The notes below the pieces were generated by a model. It was not told the origin of the DNA. It worked only from the letters and a program-made list of their open reading frames with translations, and searched no databases. Below are positions 38,265-48,426 of a stretch of 64,000 bases of DNA, one piece after another (the first letter of the stretch is position 1; every line of letters starts with the position of its first letter). Position numbers and translations under genes: made by a program. The DNA is taken from assembly GCA_016214565.1 (NCBI GenBank), contig JACROE010000002.1:280007-344006 (forward strand), written 5' to 3'. Origin of the DNA: Candidatus Kerfeldbacteria bacterium. Its GTDB lineage: Bacteria > Patescibacteriota > Patescibacteriia > UBA10025 > JAHIVO01.

Positions 38265-38528
38265 CTAGTTAACAAATAGCTCGGTAATTGTGTGTGCCCA
38301 ATTATTTACCAGGTTTGAATTCCGGTCAATTTCCATAATTACTGCCAGACCAATAAAAAGGACAAGGAGTATGCCAATGACCCAAATAAGATCATGTCTG
38401 ATCTGTTTTCGCATTAGCTTGTCTGAAACCTCATCAGACGTGGGAACGTGCGTCGCAGTTCCATCAGTCGTAGTGGCGGGCTGTAAATGCTCCATTCCCT
38501 GAAAATATCGCTTTTTTTCTTTGCTCAT
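38265..38528 (-). CDS. Small single-TM hypothetical protein
   Basis: 87 aa; IRHDLIWVIGILLVLFIGLAVI hydrophobic segment. Confidence 0.65.
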   Translation of the reverse strand: MSKEKKRYFQGMEHLQPATTTDGTATHVPTSDEVSDKLMRKQIRHDLIWVIGILLVLFIGLAVIMEIDRNSNLVNNWAHTITELFVN

Positions 38529-38662
38529 AGTGGCTATGATGTCTTTTTAAGTAGTATTGAGTGTATACTATCACTTCTAATTATTCAATTGTTCATTGAC
38601 GGTACTGCATTACTGATACTAGAATGAAGGGACGCAATCTAATATTTAACGTTTTAACGAGT

Positions 38663-39088
38663 ATGGCCTTATTCCCCAACTCTCAAAGCAACGCCTCACA
38701 CCCCGGACAGGCAGAAACAATTATCGGCCCATCCGTCAAAGTAGAAGGTATTTTTCATGGTGAGGGCAACGTCACGGTCGAAGGAATCGTACAGGGTACC
38801 CTCAAGACAAACCATGATTTAACCATTGGCCAATCAGCAAAAGTCAAAGCTGAAGTATCGGCAAAAAATTTAATTCTCTCCGGGGAAATTCGCGGGAATG
38901 TCACCATCAGTGAACACACCCGACTCTCCAGCACAGCGAAAGTATACGGCAATCTTCAGACTACTCGGCTCGCGGTCGAAGAAGGTGCTATCATTCAGGG
39001 AAAAATAATGATGGGTGTTGATACCGAACGAGAAACGTCTGAGCAGCGGCCAGAACGAATGGATAAAAAAATTAATCACGGCAAATAG
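38663..39088 (+). CDS. Bactofilin (polymer-forming cytoskeletal protein)
   Basis: TIIGPSVKVEG...VEGIVQG...IGQSAKVKAEV...GEIRGNV...VEEGAIIQG beta-helix repeats. Confidence 0.92.
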   Translation: MALFPNSQSNASHPGQAETIIGPSVKVEGIFHGEGNVTVEGIVQGTLKTNHDLTIGQSAKVKAEVSAKNLILSGEIRGNVTISEHTRLSSTAKVYGNLQTTRLAVEEGAIIQGKIMMGVDTERETSEQRPERMDKKINHGK

Positions 39089-39099
39089 TTTACGGTTCC

Positions 39100-39849
39100 A
39101 TGTACTGCTACATTGTCGACAGTTTCTTGACGGAAAAAAAGAATATCAGCGTGATGCATCAGATTGAAAATCGCATCATGCAGCTTGGTATTAACGGATA
39201 TCTTGAACGGGTTACGATGCTGAAAAGTATTCCTGATATGGTTGCGGCTGCAGTAAAACGCGGTGCCAAAACCATTGTCGCGATTGGCAACGATGACACC
39301 GTTAGTAAAATTATTAGCGTATTACCGCGCCACAAACTGACGTTTGGCATTATTCCCGTCGGGGAACCACAATCAATTGCCCGCCATCTCGGCATCCCGA
39401 TGGGCGTAGCTGCCTGCGACACAATTTCTGCTCGCATCACTACCAAGATTGATTTAGGCAAGGCAAATAATACCTATTTTATTGGCTCGCTACACATTCC
39501 TGATCACACCAGCGTTTCAATGAAAGTGGGCAGCTACACGATCAGCCCTACCACCACGACCAGTACCATACAAATATATAATATCGACGGTGCGGTCGCC
39601 CATTCGAATCCAACTGATGGAAAATTAGAAGCAGTCATTCATGATATTCCCACGCGCTCTGGATTATTCGGCATGCGCAAAACGTACACGCGCGCCAGCG
39701 TGTTTCCCATCACCAAACTCACCATTACTGCCGAAACGGCCAGCGTGCCCGTGATGGCGGATGGACAGCTCTTGGTAAAAACTCCTGTGACCGTCGAAGT
39801 CGTCCCTCAATCTCTCAAAGTCATCGTCGGCAAACAACGTATGTTTTAA
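39100..39849 (+). CDS. Diacylglycerol kinase family protein with degenerate Gly-rich motif
   Basis: VAIGNDDT (family consensus GGDGT), GIIPVG, IDLGKAN, DGKLEAV, ADGQ. Confidence 0.75.
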   Translation: MYCYIVDSFLTEKKNISVMHQIENRIMQLGINGYLERVTMLKSIPDMVAAAVKRGAKTIVAIGNDDTVSKIISVLPRHKLTFGIIPVGEPQSIARHLGIPMGVAACDTISARITTKIDLGKANNTYFIGSLHIPDHTSVSMKVGSYTISPTTTTSTIQIYNIDGAVAHSNPTDGKLEAVIHDIPTRSGLFGMRKTYTRASVFPITKLTITAETASVPVMADGQLLVKTPVTVEVVPQSLKVIVGKQRMF

Positions 39850-39976
39850 TCCTAAATACCTACAGCACCGGATACACTTTGCAGACGAGATGCGCCCTGA
39901 GCACCCTCGTTTTGTTTTTCAGCAAAGGCTCCGACTGGACAAAACCGCCTAATAACGCTACCCTACACGTAATTCT

Positions 39977-41959
39977 ATGAATGTTACCGAACTTGCTCGC
40001 CGAATCAAAGTATCACCAAATGAGATGCGGGATCTCCTGCCCCGCCTCGGTTTTGATATTGGCAGAAAAGCAATCAAAGTAGACGATGTTTCTGCACGCA
40101 AAATCATAAATATGATTGAGATGGACGCTTCTCTGATCACTAAGTATCGAAAAGAAAAACTTGGTGTCGTCGAAACGCCCGTTGAAACATCCACCGCCGC
40201 GCCAATCCACATCACCATCCCGCCGATCATTACTGTCAGGGATTTTGCCGGGCTGATCAATAAACCAGTTGCCGCGGTAATTCAAGAACTGATGAAAAAC
40301 GGCATCCTGGCAAATTTGAATGAGCGCATAGATTTTGATACTGCAAGCATTATTGCTCAAGATTTCGGATACACCACGGCGCAGGCAACGGCAGAACAAG
40401 CCGAAGCCCATACCGATGACCAGCGTGAAGCAATTCTCAAAGACAGCACTGATACCCAGACTCGTCCGCCGATCGTGGTGGTGATGGGCCATGTCGATCA
40501 CGGCAAAACCATGCTCCTCGACACTATCCGAAAAACCAATGTGGTGGGAGGGGAGTCAGGTGGCATCACCCAGCACATCGGCGCCTATCAAACAATCCGC
40601 AATGGCAAATCAATTACTTTCATTGATACGCCTGGCCACGAAGCTTTTACCACCATGCGTTCACGGGGCGCACGCGTAGCCGATATAGCAATACTGGTGG
40701 TGGCCGCAGATGATGGCATCAAGCCGCAAACCGAAGAAGCGCTCAGTATTATCCAAAGCGCTAAATTGCCTTTTGTCGTGGCGCTGAATAAAGTAGACAA
40801 GCCCGACGCAGACGTGCAAAAAGTCCAGCAACAGCTCGCTCAAAAAAATCTACTCCCCGAAGAATGGGGCGGCAAAACCATTGTCGTGCCCGTATCCGCC
40901 AAAACCGGCGCGGGAATTGACCAGCTGCTTGAGAGCGTGCTCTTGGTCGCAGAAATGGAGAAGGAAACAATTGTGGCAAATCCAAATCGTGCCGCCGCTG
41001 GCACCGTCATCGAAGCGCACGTCGATAAAGGCGAAGGACCGGTAGCAACCGTCATCATCCAAACCGGCACGCTGCGACGCGGCGATCCGATCCAAGTCGG
41101 CAATGTCGTAGGAAAAATCCGCGCCATGAAAAACCACCGTGGCGTAGATATTACTGAAGCCCCACCCGCCACGCCGGTCAAACTGCTTGGACTTAAACAA
41201 TCGCCCGAAGTAGGGGATATTCTCCAGGTGACAACTGACACTCGTTCGCTGCGCAAAATCGAAAAACAACTGCACCATCAGGCGCGACGCTACCACGACC
41301 AACAAACCTGGAAACAGGTACAACCGACGACCCCGACTGACGAATTAGATACCAGCGCCACCGTCCATATCATTCTCAAAACTGATACCCTCGGCTCCCA
41401 AGAAGCAATTACGCAATCCTTAGAAAAAGTTGTTGCACGAGACGTGAACGTAGAAATTGTAAAAAAGGGGTTGGGTAATATTTCTGACAACGATATCCTG
41501 GAGGCGGCCAGCACTGGCGCGCGCATTTATGGTTTTAACGTCAAGATGAGTCCGCATGCGCAAACCATGGCTCAAGAAAATAATGTATACACGCGGACTG
41601 ATTCTATCATCTACAATCTGATTGATGACGTACAAAACTATGTCGACTCGCTGGTGACTATTGAAAAAGTGCGCGTCGAACTCGGCCGTGCCAAAGTGCT
41701 CGCCATCTTCCGCACCGACCGCAAACAGATGATTGTCGGCGCACAAATTACCAAAGGCAAAGCAGTAGTAGAAGCACGGGCTCAAATATTCCGCGACGAT
41801 GCCCTGATCGCGGATGTCACCATCACCGGACTGCAAAAAGGCAAAGAACCAGTCAAAGAAATGCCCTCCGGCACCGAATGCGGCATCGCACTGAAAGGCA
41901 CGGGCGACCTCAAGCCCAACGACATTCTGGAGATATATTCGATTGAATTAAAATCGTAA
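39977..41959 (+). CDS. infB: Translation initiation factor IF-2
   Basis: RPPIVVVMGHVDHGKT, GGITQHIGAY, DTPGHEAF, NKVD. Confidence 0.97.
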   Translation: MNVTELARRIKVSPNEMRDLLPRLGFDIGRKAIKVDDVSARKIINMIEMDASLITKYRKEKLGVVETPVETSTAAPIHITIPPIITVRDFAGLINKPVAAVIQELMKNGILANLNERIDFDTASIIAQDFGYTTAQATAEQAEAHTDDQREAILKDSTDTQTRPPIVVVMGHVDHGKTMLLDTIRKTNVVGGESGGITQHIGAYQTIRNGKSITFIDTPGHEAFTTMRSRGARVADIAILVVAADDGIKPQTEEALSIIQSAKLPFVVALNKVDKPDADVQKVQQQLAQKNLLPEEWGGKTIVVPVSAKTGAGIDQLLESVLLVAEMEKETIVANPNRAAAGTVIEAHVDKGEGPVATVIIQTGTLRRGDPIQVGNVVGKIRAMKNHRGVDITEAPPATPVKLLGLKQSPEVGDILQVTTDTRSLRKIEKQLHHQARRYHDQQTWKQVQPTTPTDELDTSATVHIILKTDTLGSQEAITQSLEKVVARDVNVEIVKKGLGNISDNDILEAASTGARIYGFNVKMSPHAQTMAQENNVYTRTDSIIYNLIDDVQNYVDSLVTIEKVRVELGRAKVLAIFRTDRKQMIVGAQITKGKAVVEARAQIFRDDALIADVTITGLQKGKEPVKEMPSGTECGIALKGTGDLKPNDILEIYSIELKS

Positions 41960-41965
41960 CTAACC

Positions 41966-42310
41966 GTGTCATTCGAACGAGTCCAGCGGATTAATGCACT
42001 CATCCGAGAAGAACTCGGCGCATTAATCATACGCGAGCTCGAACTCCCGCCGAACCTCATGATTACTATCACCGGTGTCAACACCAGTGCTGATTTGAGC
42101 TACGCGGACATTTCCATCAGCGCCCTGCCTATCGACCGCGGCGAAGACGCGCTGCTGCTGATGACCCGTGCCCATAAGCTGCTGCGCAAAGAATTAGCAA
42201 AAAAACTACGATTTTGGAAAATGCCCTCACTCCGATTTACGCTCGATACCACAGCTTCGCACGTCGACCAGATAGACGCACTTATTGACAAAATACACGA
42301 AGAGGGGTAG
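41966..42310 (+). CDS. rbfA: Ribosome-binding factor A
   Basis: RVQRINALIREEL, TITGVNTSADLSYA, MPSLRF; follows infB. Confidence 0.9.
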   Translation: MSFERVQRINALIREELGALIIRELELPPNLMITITGVNTSADLSYADISISALPIDRGEDALLLMTRAHKLLRKELAKKLRFWKMPSLRFTLDTTASHVDQIDALIDKIHEEG

Positions 42311-42327
42311 GGTGAGCGGTCAACCAT

Positions 42328-43317
42328 ATGACCCAATTACACCCCCAATTTAATAAGATCAAAGAAGCGCTCGATGGAGCCGCTTCGGTTATTGTGATTG
42401 GGCACCAAAATCCCGATGGCGACGCCATCGGCTCAATGATTGGCATGGGGCACTACCTGACCCACGCCGGCATTAACCATCGGCTGTTCTGCATGACGCC
42501 GGTTCCCGCGTATCTGACGTTCCTCCCGGAAACAGAACGGATGGTCTTCGATGAACGTGAACTGCTCGAATCAACCCACGATGTGGTGATCGTGCTTGAT
42601 TCGGGCGATCTCAGGTACGCCGGTGTCCACGAACACATTCCGCGCATGACCGGTACGCCCGTGGTCATTAATATCGACCACCACCACACCAACACGAATT
42701 TCGGGCATATCAATGTGGTGAACCCGCAAGCATCATCTACCGCGGAAATCATTTTCCATTTTCTCGATTACTTCCGACTACCCTTATCCAAAGAGACGGC
42801 CACCGCGCTCTTGACCGGCATCCTGACTGACACCGGCAGTTTCTCAAATCTCGGCACCACGCCATCGTCCATGGACGTATCGTCCAAACTCTTAGCCGCC
42901 GGCGCTCGCGTCAAAGACATCATCCGACATACTTTTCAAACTAAATCGCTGGAACAATTACAGCTCTGGGGCCGCGCCCTGTCTCGATTGAAGAAAAATG
43001 AAGCCACAGGTATTGTCACCACTATTCTCACTAAAAAAGATTTTGAAGAACTCGGGGTCGAAGAAAGCTCCGAAGGCATTGCCAATTTCCTGAACAGTGT
43101 GGAAAAGGCCAAAGCCATCATGGTGCTCTACGAAAAAGGTGATGGACTGGTGAAGGGGAGCCTGCGTACCACCCAGGATGGTGTGGACGTTTCCAAAATC
43201 GCCAAATATTTTGGTGGCGGCGGACATCCGAAAGCCGCTGGCTTCACGATTAAGGGCACGCTCAAGGAAACTGAAAACGGGTGGGAAGTGGTTGCGACAA
43301 AGGAGCAACCATCCTGA
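42328..43317 (+). CDS. nrnA: DHH/DHHA1 phosphoesterase (NrnA-like nanoRNase)
   Basis: HQNPDGDAIGS, NIDHH, GILTDTG, GGGGHPKAAG. Confidence 0.9.
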   Translation: MTQLHPQFNKIKEALDGAASVIVIGHQNPDGDAIGSMIGMGHYLTHAGINHRLFCMTPVPAYLTFLPETERMVFDERELLESTHDVVIVLDSGDLRYAGVHEHIPRMTGTPVVINIDHHHTNTNFGHINVVNPQASSTAEIIFHFLDYFRLPLSKETATALLTGILTDTGSFSNLGTTPSSMDVSSKLLAAGARVKDIIRHTFQTKSLEQLQLWGRALSRLKKNEATGIVTTILTKKDFEELGVEESSEGIANFLNSVEKAKAIMVLYEKGDGLVKGSLRTTQDGVDVSKIAKYFGGGGHPKAAGFTIKGTLKETENGWEVVATKEQPS

Positions 43318-43332
43318 GTGGCAGCGAAGGAT
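43311..43332. repeat. REP-like tandem-GA hairpin overlapping the nrnA stop codon
   Basis: ATCCT-GA-GTGGCAGC-GA-AGGAT. Confidence 0.65.
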
Positions 43333-43371
43333 CTGGCACCCAAATAATGACCTCCACGTTTGACGGGCGAG

Positions 43372-43396
43372 AAAAGCCCGTTTTTGGCTGAGGATT
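43372..43396 (+). repeat. 25-bp direct repeat, left copy
   Basis: AAAAGCCCGTTTTTGGCTGAGGATT, identical at 44152-44176. Confidence 0.85.
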
Positions 43397-43545
43397 AACC
43401 CCGTAAGTGGCGGCATGGGTGGAACCAAAGCTTTATTTATTTGAATTTTAAAATAGTAGACAGAGACGCATTTTTTTGTCACACTGACCAAAGATATTGG
43501 AACAAAAAAACAAAAGATACACAACGTTCATACCAGGAGGATGTC

Positions 43546-44085
43546 ATGTCCAGGACTCGCATTGGACTCTCTGTCATTACGGTGGCACTGCTCGTGCTGT
43601 TCAGTACAAATTTTGGCCCACAGGTTTTTCCGACCTTCGTGGACCATTCCAGAACCCCCAGCCAGCACATTCTCGCGGCGCATTTCACAAAGATCGACGT
43701 CTATACGACAGACACGAGCACCAATAGTATTTTGTGGGGCTTACGCGACACATTTGATATGCGCTTATTCCATTTCGATGACTCAATCACAGTGAGCGAT
43801 GCTCGCTGGGCGATTCACGATGCCGGTTACCAGCCAGCAACTGTCATCGAACTTGTTGCGTTCGTTACCCAGCACCCGAGCGCATGTGAACACAAACGCA
43901 TTGTCGCGCTGCGTGAATGGAATCATGGGGAGGGTAAATACCCTATGATCGGCTATGAGGATCGGAGAATCTGGACTATGGTGCCACCAAAGAAAATTTG
44001 GCACGACCCAAATGTCTATTCTGAAGAGCCTGACCCGCTCGACCTGAACTCATATTACTTGGGAGTTAAACCACAAACAGAATAA
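43546..44085 (+). CDS. Orphan protein with N-terminal membrane anchor
   Basis: SD AGGAGG before ATG 43546; terminator downstream. Confidence 0.65.
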   Translation: MSRTRIGLSVITVALLVLFSTNFGPQVFPTFVDHSRTPSQHILAAHFTKIDVYTTDTSTNSILWGLRDTFDMRLFHFDDSITVSDARWAIHDAGYQPATVIELVAFVTQHPSACEHKRIVALREWNHGEGKYPMIGYEDRRIWTMVPPKKIWHDPNVYSEEPDPLDLNSYYLGVKPQTE

Positions 44086-44107
44086 CCCACTCTTATCCCT
44101 ACACACC

Positions 44108-44140
44108 ACCGCCGTCATACCACCCAGACGGCGGTTTTCT
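44108..44140 (+). terminator. Intrinsic terminator
   Basis: ACCGCCGTC-loop-GACGGCGGT-TTTCT. Confidence 0.75.
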
Positions 44141-44151
44141 TATTCTTTTAA

Positions 44152-44204
44152 AAAAGCCCGTTTTTGGCTGAGGATTGACAAAAGGGGGTGGACATCACTA
44201 TACT
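44152..44204 (+). promoter_or_regulatory. Right copy of the 25-bp repeat running into the clpP promoter
   Basis: TTGACA (44175)-18 nt-TATACT (44199). Confidence 0.7.
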
Positions 44205-44235
44205 AGAGACTACCTTTTAATAAATAACGACCTCA

Positions 44236-44817
44236 ATGCAACTCATTCCCACTGTTATTGAAAAGTCATCGTTCGGTGAACGAGCGTATGACATTTACTC
44301 TCGGCTCCTGAAAGAACGGATTATCTTTCTCGGTAACCCGGTGAGTGATGTAGTGGCAAACACCGTGATTGCCCAACTCTTGTTTTTGGAATCCGAAGAC
44401 AAGACGAAGGACATCAAGCTCTACATCAACACCCCGGGTGGTTCAGTGACTGCGGGCATGGCTATCTACGATACCATGCAGTATGTCAAACCTGACGTCG
44501 CCACTATTTGTGTCGGCATGGCCGCCTCGATGGGCGCCGTCTTGCTGGCTGCAGGTGCAGCCGGCAAACGGTGCGCGCTCCCGAATGCGGAAATCATGCT
44601 CCATCAAGTAATGGGCGGCGCCGAAGGTCAAGCCTCGGATGTCAAAATCCGCGCTGAACACATCCTCCGCATCCGCGATCGCCTCGACCACATCCTCGCC
44701 CAGCATACGGGCAAGCCGGTTACCGCGATCCAGAAAGATACTGACCGTGATTTCTTCATGAGTGCTGACCAAGCGAAAAAATACGGAATTATCGACAAGA
44801 TAATCCAGAATAAATAG
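44236..44817 (+). CDS. clpP: ATP-dependent Clp protease proteolytic subunit
   Basis: [34 protein letters not shown]. Confidence 0.98.
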   Translation: MQLIPTVIEKSSFGERAYDIYSRLLKERIIFLGNPVSDVVANTVIAQLLFLESEDKTKDIKLYINTPGGSVTAGMAIYDTMQYVKPDVATICVGMAASMGAVLLAAGAAGKRCALPNAEIMLHQVMGGAEGQASDVKIRAEHILRIRDRLDHILAQHTGKPVTAIQKDTDRDFFMSADQAKKYGIIDKIIQNK

Positions 44818-44887
44818 TCGCGGCAGCAATCAGACATGAGCTCGAGGGTAACACAATACCAGTGTCACCCTGATTTGCATTAACAAT

Positions 44888-44922
44888 CTACTACTTACTA
44901 ACTTACTAAATACTACTTACTA
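44888..44922 (+). repeat. Short imperfect tandem (CTACTTA/CTTACTA) repeat in the rny leader
   Basis: CTACTACTTACTAACTTACTAAATACTACTTACTA. Confidence 0.6.
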
Positions 44923-44927
44923 CCCCT

Positions 44928-46460
44928 ATGGCAGACGGACTACTCATCTGGATCATCCTCACCGCAGTAAGCATCCCCGGCGGCATGATCGTCGGCTGGT
45001 GGGGTCGCAAAGTCTGGGCAGTGAAACAAATCAACACTGCCGAGGCGCGACTCAATCAGCAAATCATTGACACTAAAAATAAACAGCGCGAGCTCCTCAT
45101 CCAAGCCAAAGACAAGGCGCTGGAGATCACTGAGGAAGCATCGAAAGAGGCGGAACGCTCGAAGAAAGAGCTGCGCCACCTGCAGGAACGCTTGGAAAAT
45201 CGAGAAACCCTCTTCGACAAGAAATTGATCGAACTCGAAGATCGCCAGACCAAAATCCAGGAAAAAAATGAACAGCTGGAACACGCCAAAGTGGAAATCG
45301 GTAAAATCCGCGAAGAGCAAATCGCCAAATTGGAGCGCATTGCCGAATTGACCAAAGAAGATGCCAAACGCGTCCTCATGGAAAACACCCAAAACGAAAT
45401 CAAGGATGAACTGGCTCGCCGCATTATCAAACTCCAGCAAGAATCCCAGGAAAACCTTGAGCGGGAAGCTAAGAATCTCTTGAGCAGCGTCATCCAGCGC
45501 ACCGCCAGCTCGCACGCGGCAGAAACCACCACCACCGTGGTGCATTTGCCCAATGACGAAATGAAAGGACGCATCATCGGTAAAGAAGGTCGTAATATCA
45601 AAGCGCTCGAGCAGCAAACCGGCGTGGAAATCATCGTGGATGAAACGCCTGAATCAATTATCATTTCCGGCTTCTCGCCGATCCGCCGCCACCTGGCCAA
45701 ACGCGCCCTGGAAATCCTGATCCAGGACGGTCGGATCCACCCAGGACGCATCGAAGAAGCAATTGATAAAGCGCGCAAAGACCTGTCGCTCGACATCAAG
45801 AAAGCCGGCGAAGAAGCCGCCTACGAAGTCGGCATTGCTGGCCTCCCGCCCAAACTCATTCAAATCATTGGCCGCCTCAAATACCGCACCAGCTACGGCC
45901 AAAATATCTTGCGCCACTCTATCGAGGTTTCCAATCTCGCCACCTTGCTGGCTGAGGAACTCGGTGCCAATGTGGCCATCGCCAAGAAAGGCGCTTTCCT
46001 CCACGACATCGGTAAAGCAGTCGATCACGACGTCCAGGGTACCCACATGGGTATCGGCGGAGACATCGGTCGCAAATTCGGACTGTCACAAGAAATTATC
46101 GATTGTATCGAAGGGCACCATGAAGATACTCCGAAATCACTGGAAGCAATTATCGTCCAAGTGGCTGACGCCATCTCTGGTGCACGGCCGGGCGCGCGCA
46201 AAGACACCTACGAGCAATACATCAAACGGCTTGATGAACTCGAGGGCATTGCCAAGAGCTTCGAAGGTGTGGAGAAAACCTACGCCATCCAAGCTGGCCG
46301 TGAAGTACGTGTCTTCGTGGTACCGGACAAAATCGATGACTTCGCCGCAGTAGAATTAGCTCGCGCCATTGCCAAGAAGATCGAAGATGAATTGAAGTAT
46401 CCGGGTGAAATCAAAGTCACGCTGATCCGCGAGAAACGCATTATCGAGTACGCCAGATAA
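44928..46460 (+). CDS. rny: Ribonuclease Y
   Basis: N-terminal TM, coiled coil, KH domain (MKGRIIGKEGRNI), HD domain (LHDIGK), ADAISGARPGAR. Confidence 0.98.
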   Translation: MADGLLIWIILTAVSIPGGMIVGWWGRKVWAVKQINTAEARLNQQIIDTKNKQRELLIQAKDKALEITEEASKEAERSKKELRHLQERLENRETLFDKKLIELEDRQTKIQEKNEQLEHAKVEIGKIREEQIAKLERIAELTKEDAKRVLMENTQNEIKDELARRIIKLQQESQENLEREAKNLLSSVIQRTASSHAAETTTTVVHLPNDEMKGRIIGKEGRNIKALEQQTGVEIIVDETPESIIISGFSPIRRHLAKRALEILIQDGRIHPGRIEEAIDKARKDLSLDIKKAGEEAAYEVGIAGLPPKLIQIIGRLKYRTSYGQNILRHSIEVSNLATLLAEELGANVAIAKKGAFLHDIGKAVDHDVQGTHMGIGGDIGRKFGLSQEIIDCIEGHHEDTPKSLEAIIVQVADAISGARPGARKDTYEQYIKRLDELEGIAKSFEGVEKTYAIQAGREVRVFVVPDKIDDFAAVELARAIAKKIEDELKYPGEIKVTLIREKRIIEYAR

Positions 46461-46530
46461 AAAGGGACAGAAGGCAGTAACGGGATTCAGAAGACAATAC
46501 GGCAAAACGAGCTTAAGTGCTCCTAACAAT

Positions 46531-46602
46531 TGTCATTCTGAACGAAGTGAAGAATATATCCTTCCCCTTCGACTCACTCGTTCGCTCAGGGTCAGGATGA
46601 CA
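46531..46602. repeat. Composite GTCAT-tagged REP-like element
   Basis: TGTCATTCTGAACGAAGTGAAGAAT...CCCTTCGACTCACTCGTTCGCTCAGGG-TCAGGATGACA. Confidence 0.75.
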
Positions 46603-46662
46603 AACCACCTTTACTCAACACTCCTTCTCATTCCCTAAAGCCCTATTCCCTTATAAACCTTT

Positions 46663-47469
46663 ATGCCCTCTCAAGCCCTATCAATCCTCTTCTTCGGCGA
46701 TATCGTCGGCAAACCAGGCCGTAAGGCGGTCATTGCGGCGCTCCCCGAATTGAAGAAAAAATACCAGCCAGATCTCGTCATCGCCAATGTCGAGAATCTG
46801 GCCCATGGCATCGGCGTGACCAAGAAAACGCTGGATGAAATCAAGTCAGCTGGCGTGGAATTCTTCACCTCGGGCAATCATATCTGGGGCAAACCTGAGG
46901 TCTATGACATCTTCAAAGACGCTGACTACCCCTTGATCCGGCCCGATAACTACGGCACTTCCGTGCCCGGCACTGGTGCCCGGGAGGTGCGCGTTGGCGA
47001 GCATACCCTGCTTGTGATAAACTTACATGGACAGGTATTTATTCCCGAAGAACTTGAAAATCCATTCACTGCCCTCGACCATATCCTGACTGACCATCGC
47101 GGCCCCTACGCTGGTATCATCGTGGATTTCCACGCCGAGGCCACCTCGGAGAAAGTCGCCTTTGGCTGGCACTCCGATGGCCGGGTGAGCGCGGTGCTCG
47201 GCACGCATACCCATGTGCCCACGGCTGATGAGCGCATCCTGCCCCAGGGGACAGCCTATCTCTCCGACGTCGGCATGTGTGGATTGCGCAATTCTGTCAT
47301 CGGCATCGACACCGACGTGATTCTGGATAAATTCCGCGGGGTGGACTCACGGGCGCACGAGATCACTGACCATGGTGAGGCGGTCGTAAACGCTGTTATC
47401 CTGACCATCGACCCCACCACCGGCCACACAATAACTATTGATCGCATTCAACAATTTCTAACTGTATAA
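46663..47469 (+). CDS. ymdB: YmdB-like metallophosphoesterase (TIGR00282 family)
   Basis: GDIVGKPGR, NVENLAHG, TSGNHIW, DFHAEATSEK, GTHTHV; downstream of rny. Confidence 0.93.
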   Translation: MPSQALSILFFGDIVGKPGRKAVIAALPELKKKYQPDLVIANVENLAHGIGVTKKTLDEIKSAGVEFFTSGNHIWGKPEVYDIFKDADYPLIRPDNYGTSVPGTGAREVRVGEHTLLVINLHGQVFIPEELENPFTALDHILTDHRGPYAGIIVDFHAEATSEKVAFGWHSDGRVSAVLGTHTHVPTADERILPQGTAYLSDVGMCGLRNSVIGIDTDVILDKFRGVDSRAHEITDHGEAVVNAVILTIDPTTGHTITIDRIQQFLTV

Positions 47470-47476
47470 TGCTCGT

Positions 47477-47776
47477 ATGAATAAAGCAGAACTCATCAAT
47501 CGCATAGCCCAAAAAGTGGGTGTCTCAAAAAAACAAGCAGAAGATATGCTTGACGCGTTCGAGCATATTACGATTGAATCACTCCAGCACGGTGAAGAGG
47601 TGACCCTGACCGGGTTTGGCACCTTCATCGCCAAGCTTCGCACTGCCCGCGGCGGCGTCAATCCGCAGAAGCCATCCGAGCGCATCCAGATCCCGCAGGT
47701 AACCATCCCGAAATTCCGCGCTGGTAAGACCCTCAAGGACGCCCTGAAGAAAAAACCCGACGCGCCACAGCAGTAA
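47477..47776 (+). CDS. hup: DNA-binding protein HU
   Basis: MNKAELI, VTLTGFGTF, ARGGVNPQ, PKFRAGKTLKD. Confidence 0.95.
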   Translation: MNKAELINRIAQKVGVSKKQAEDMLDAFEHITIESLQHGEEVTLTGFGTFIAKLRTARGGVNPQKPSERIQIPQVTIPKFRAGKTLKDALKKKPDAPQQ

Positions 47777-47796
47777 TACATTTCCATGCATTCCCC

Positions 47797-47830
47797 AAGC
47801 CCCGTTCATCAGAGCGGGGTTTTTGGTTTT
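47797..47830 (+). terminator. Intrinsic terminator after HU
   Basis: CCCCGTTC/GAGCGGGG stem followed by a T-tract. Confidence 0.7.
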
Positions 47831-47930
47831 GCAAAAACGCCCGTAGATCGTTTTCACACGGTATATTGACAATGTTGTTTATATGTACTAAGGTCAGGTG
47901 AAACCAAAACCATTTGCTTCGGAGGGAATA

Positions 47931-48257
47931 ATGAACATTCAAACACATGCCGAAATCTGTAGCGTGCTCTGTGAGTTCTTCGGTAAAACAAAACCAGCCG
48001 AAGAAACGATTTTCACAATTCGTCAGCCGATTAGAAACTCGGATGCGATACTTGATTTCAGATTCCTAAATCACTTAGGAATTGAAGCGGATTACTACGT
48101 AGGCAGTGGGAAAGGGCATGCTCGTATTGCGCACCTCGCCATGAAATCAGTATGGTTCGCGGGGTTCGATGAGTGCGATCTCCTCATTCTCGGGCAAAAT
48201 ACAAACGGCATTCCTATGACCGTAACAATCAAGAAAGATTATTCGATGGAGCTCTGA
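47931..48257 (+). CDS. Orphan hypothetical protein
   Basis: TTGACA-17-TAAGGT promoter, SD GGAGG, terminator at 48323-48355. Confidence 0.6.
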   Translation: MNIQTHAEICSVLCEFFGKTKPAEETIFTIRQPIRNSDAILDFRFLNHLGIEADYYVGSGKGHARIAHLAMKSVWFAGFDECDLLILGQNTNGIPMTVTIKKDYSMEL

Positions 48258-48426
48258 ACGCCGGAGGCACTCGAACATCTCGTCAGGAAAAAATTGAAAA
48301 AGTAACAACCGAATACCTCGGTAAACCGTCGGCACCTTGCTGACGGTTTTATTTTACTAAAGAAATTAAAAAAGCCCGCCGATAGAAACTACCGACAGGC
48401 TTTTGATTTGTGATGAATCGACTGGA

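Noticed and set aside
37740-38620. Definite oriC
   Set aside because: No canonical DnaA boxes or dnaA gene seen and skew could not be computed; kept only as a hypothesis.
44940-46353. Several 130-250 aa overlapping ORFs
   Set aside because: Antisense or alternate-frame shadows of rny caused by codon bias.
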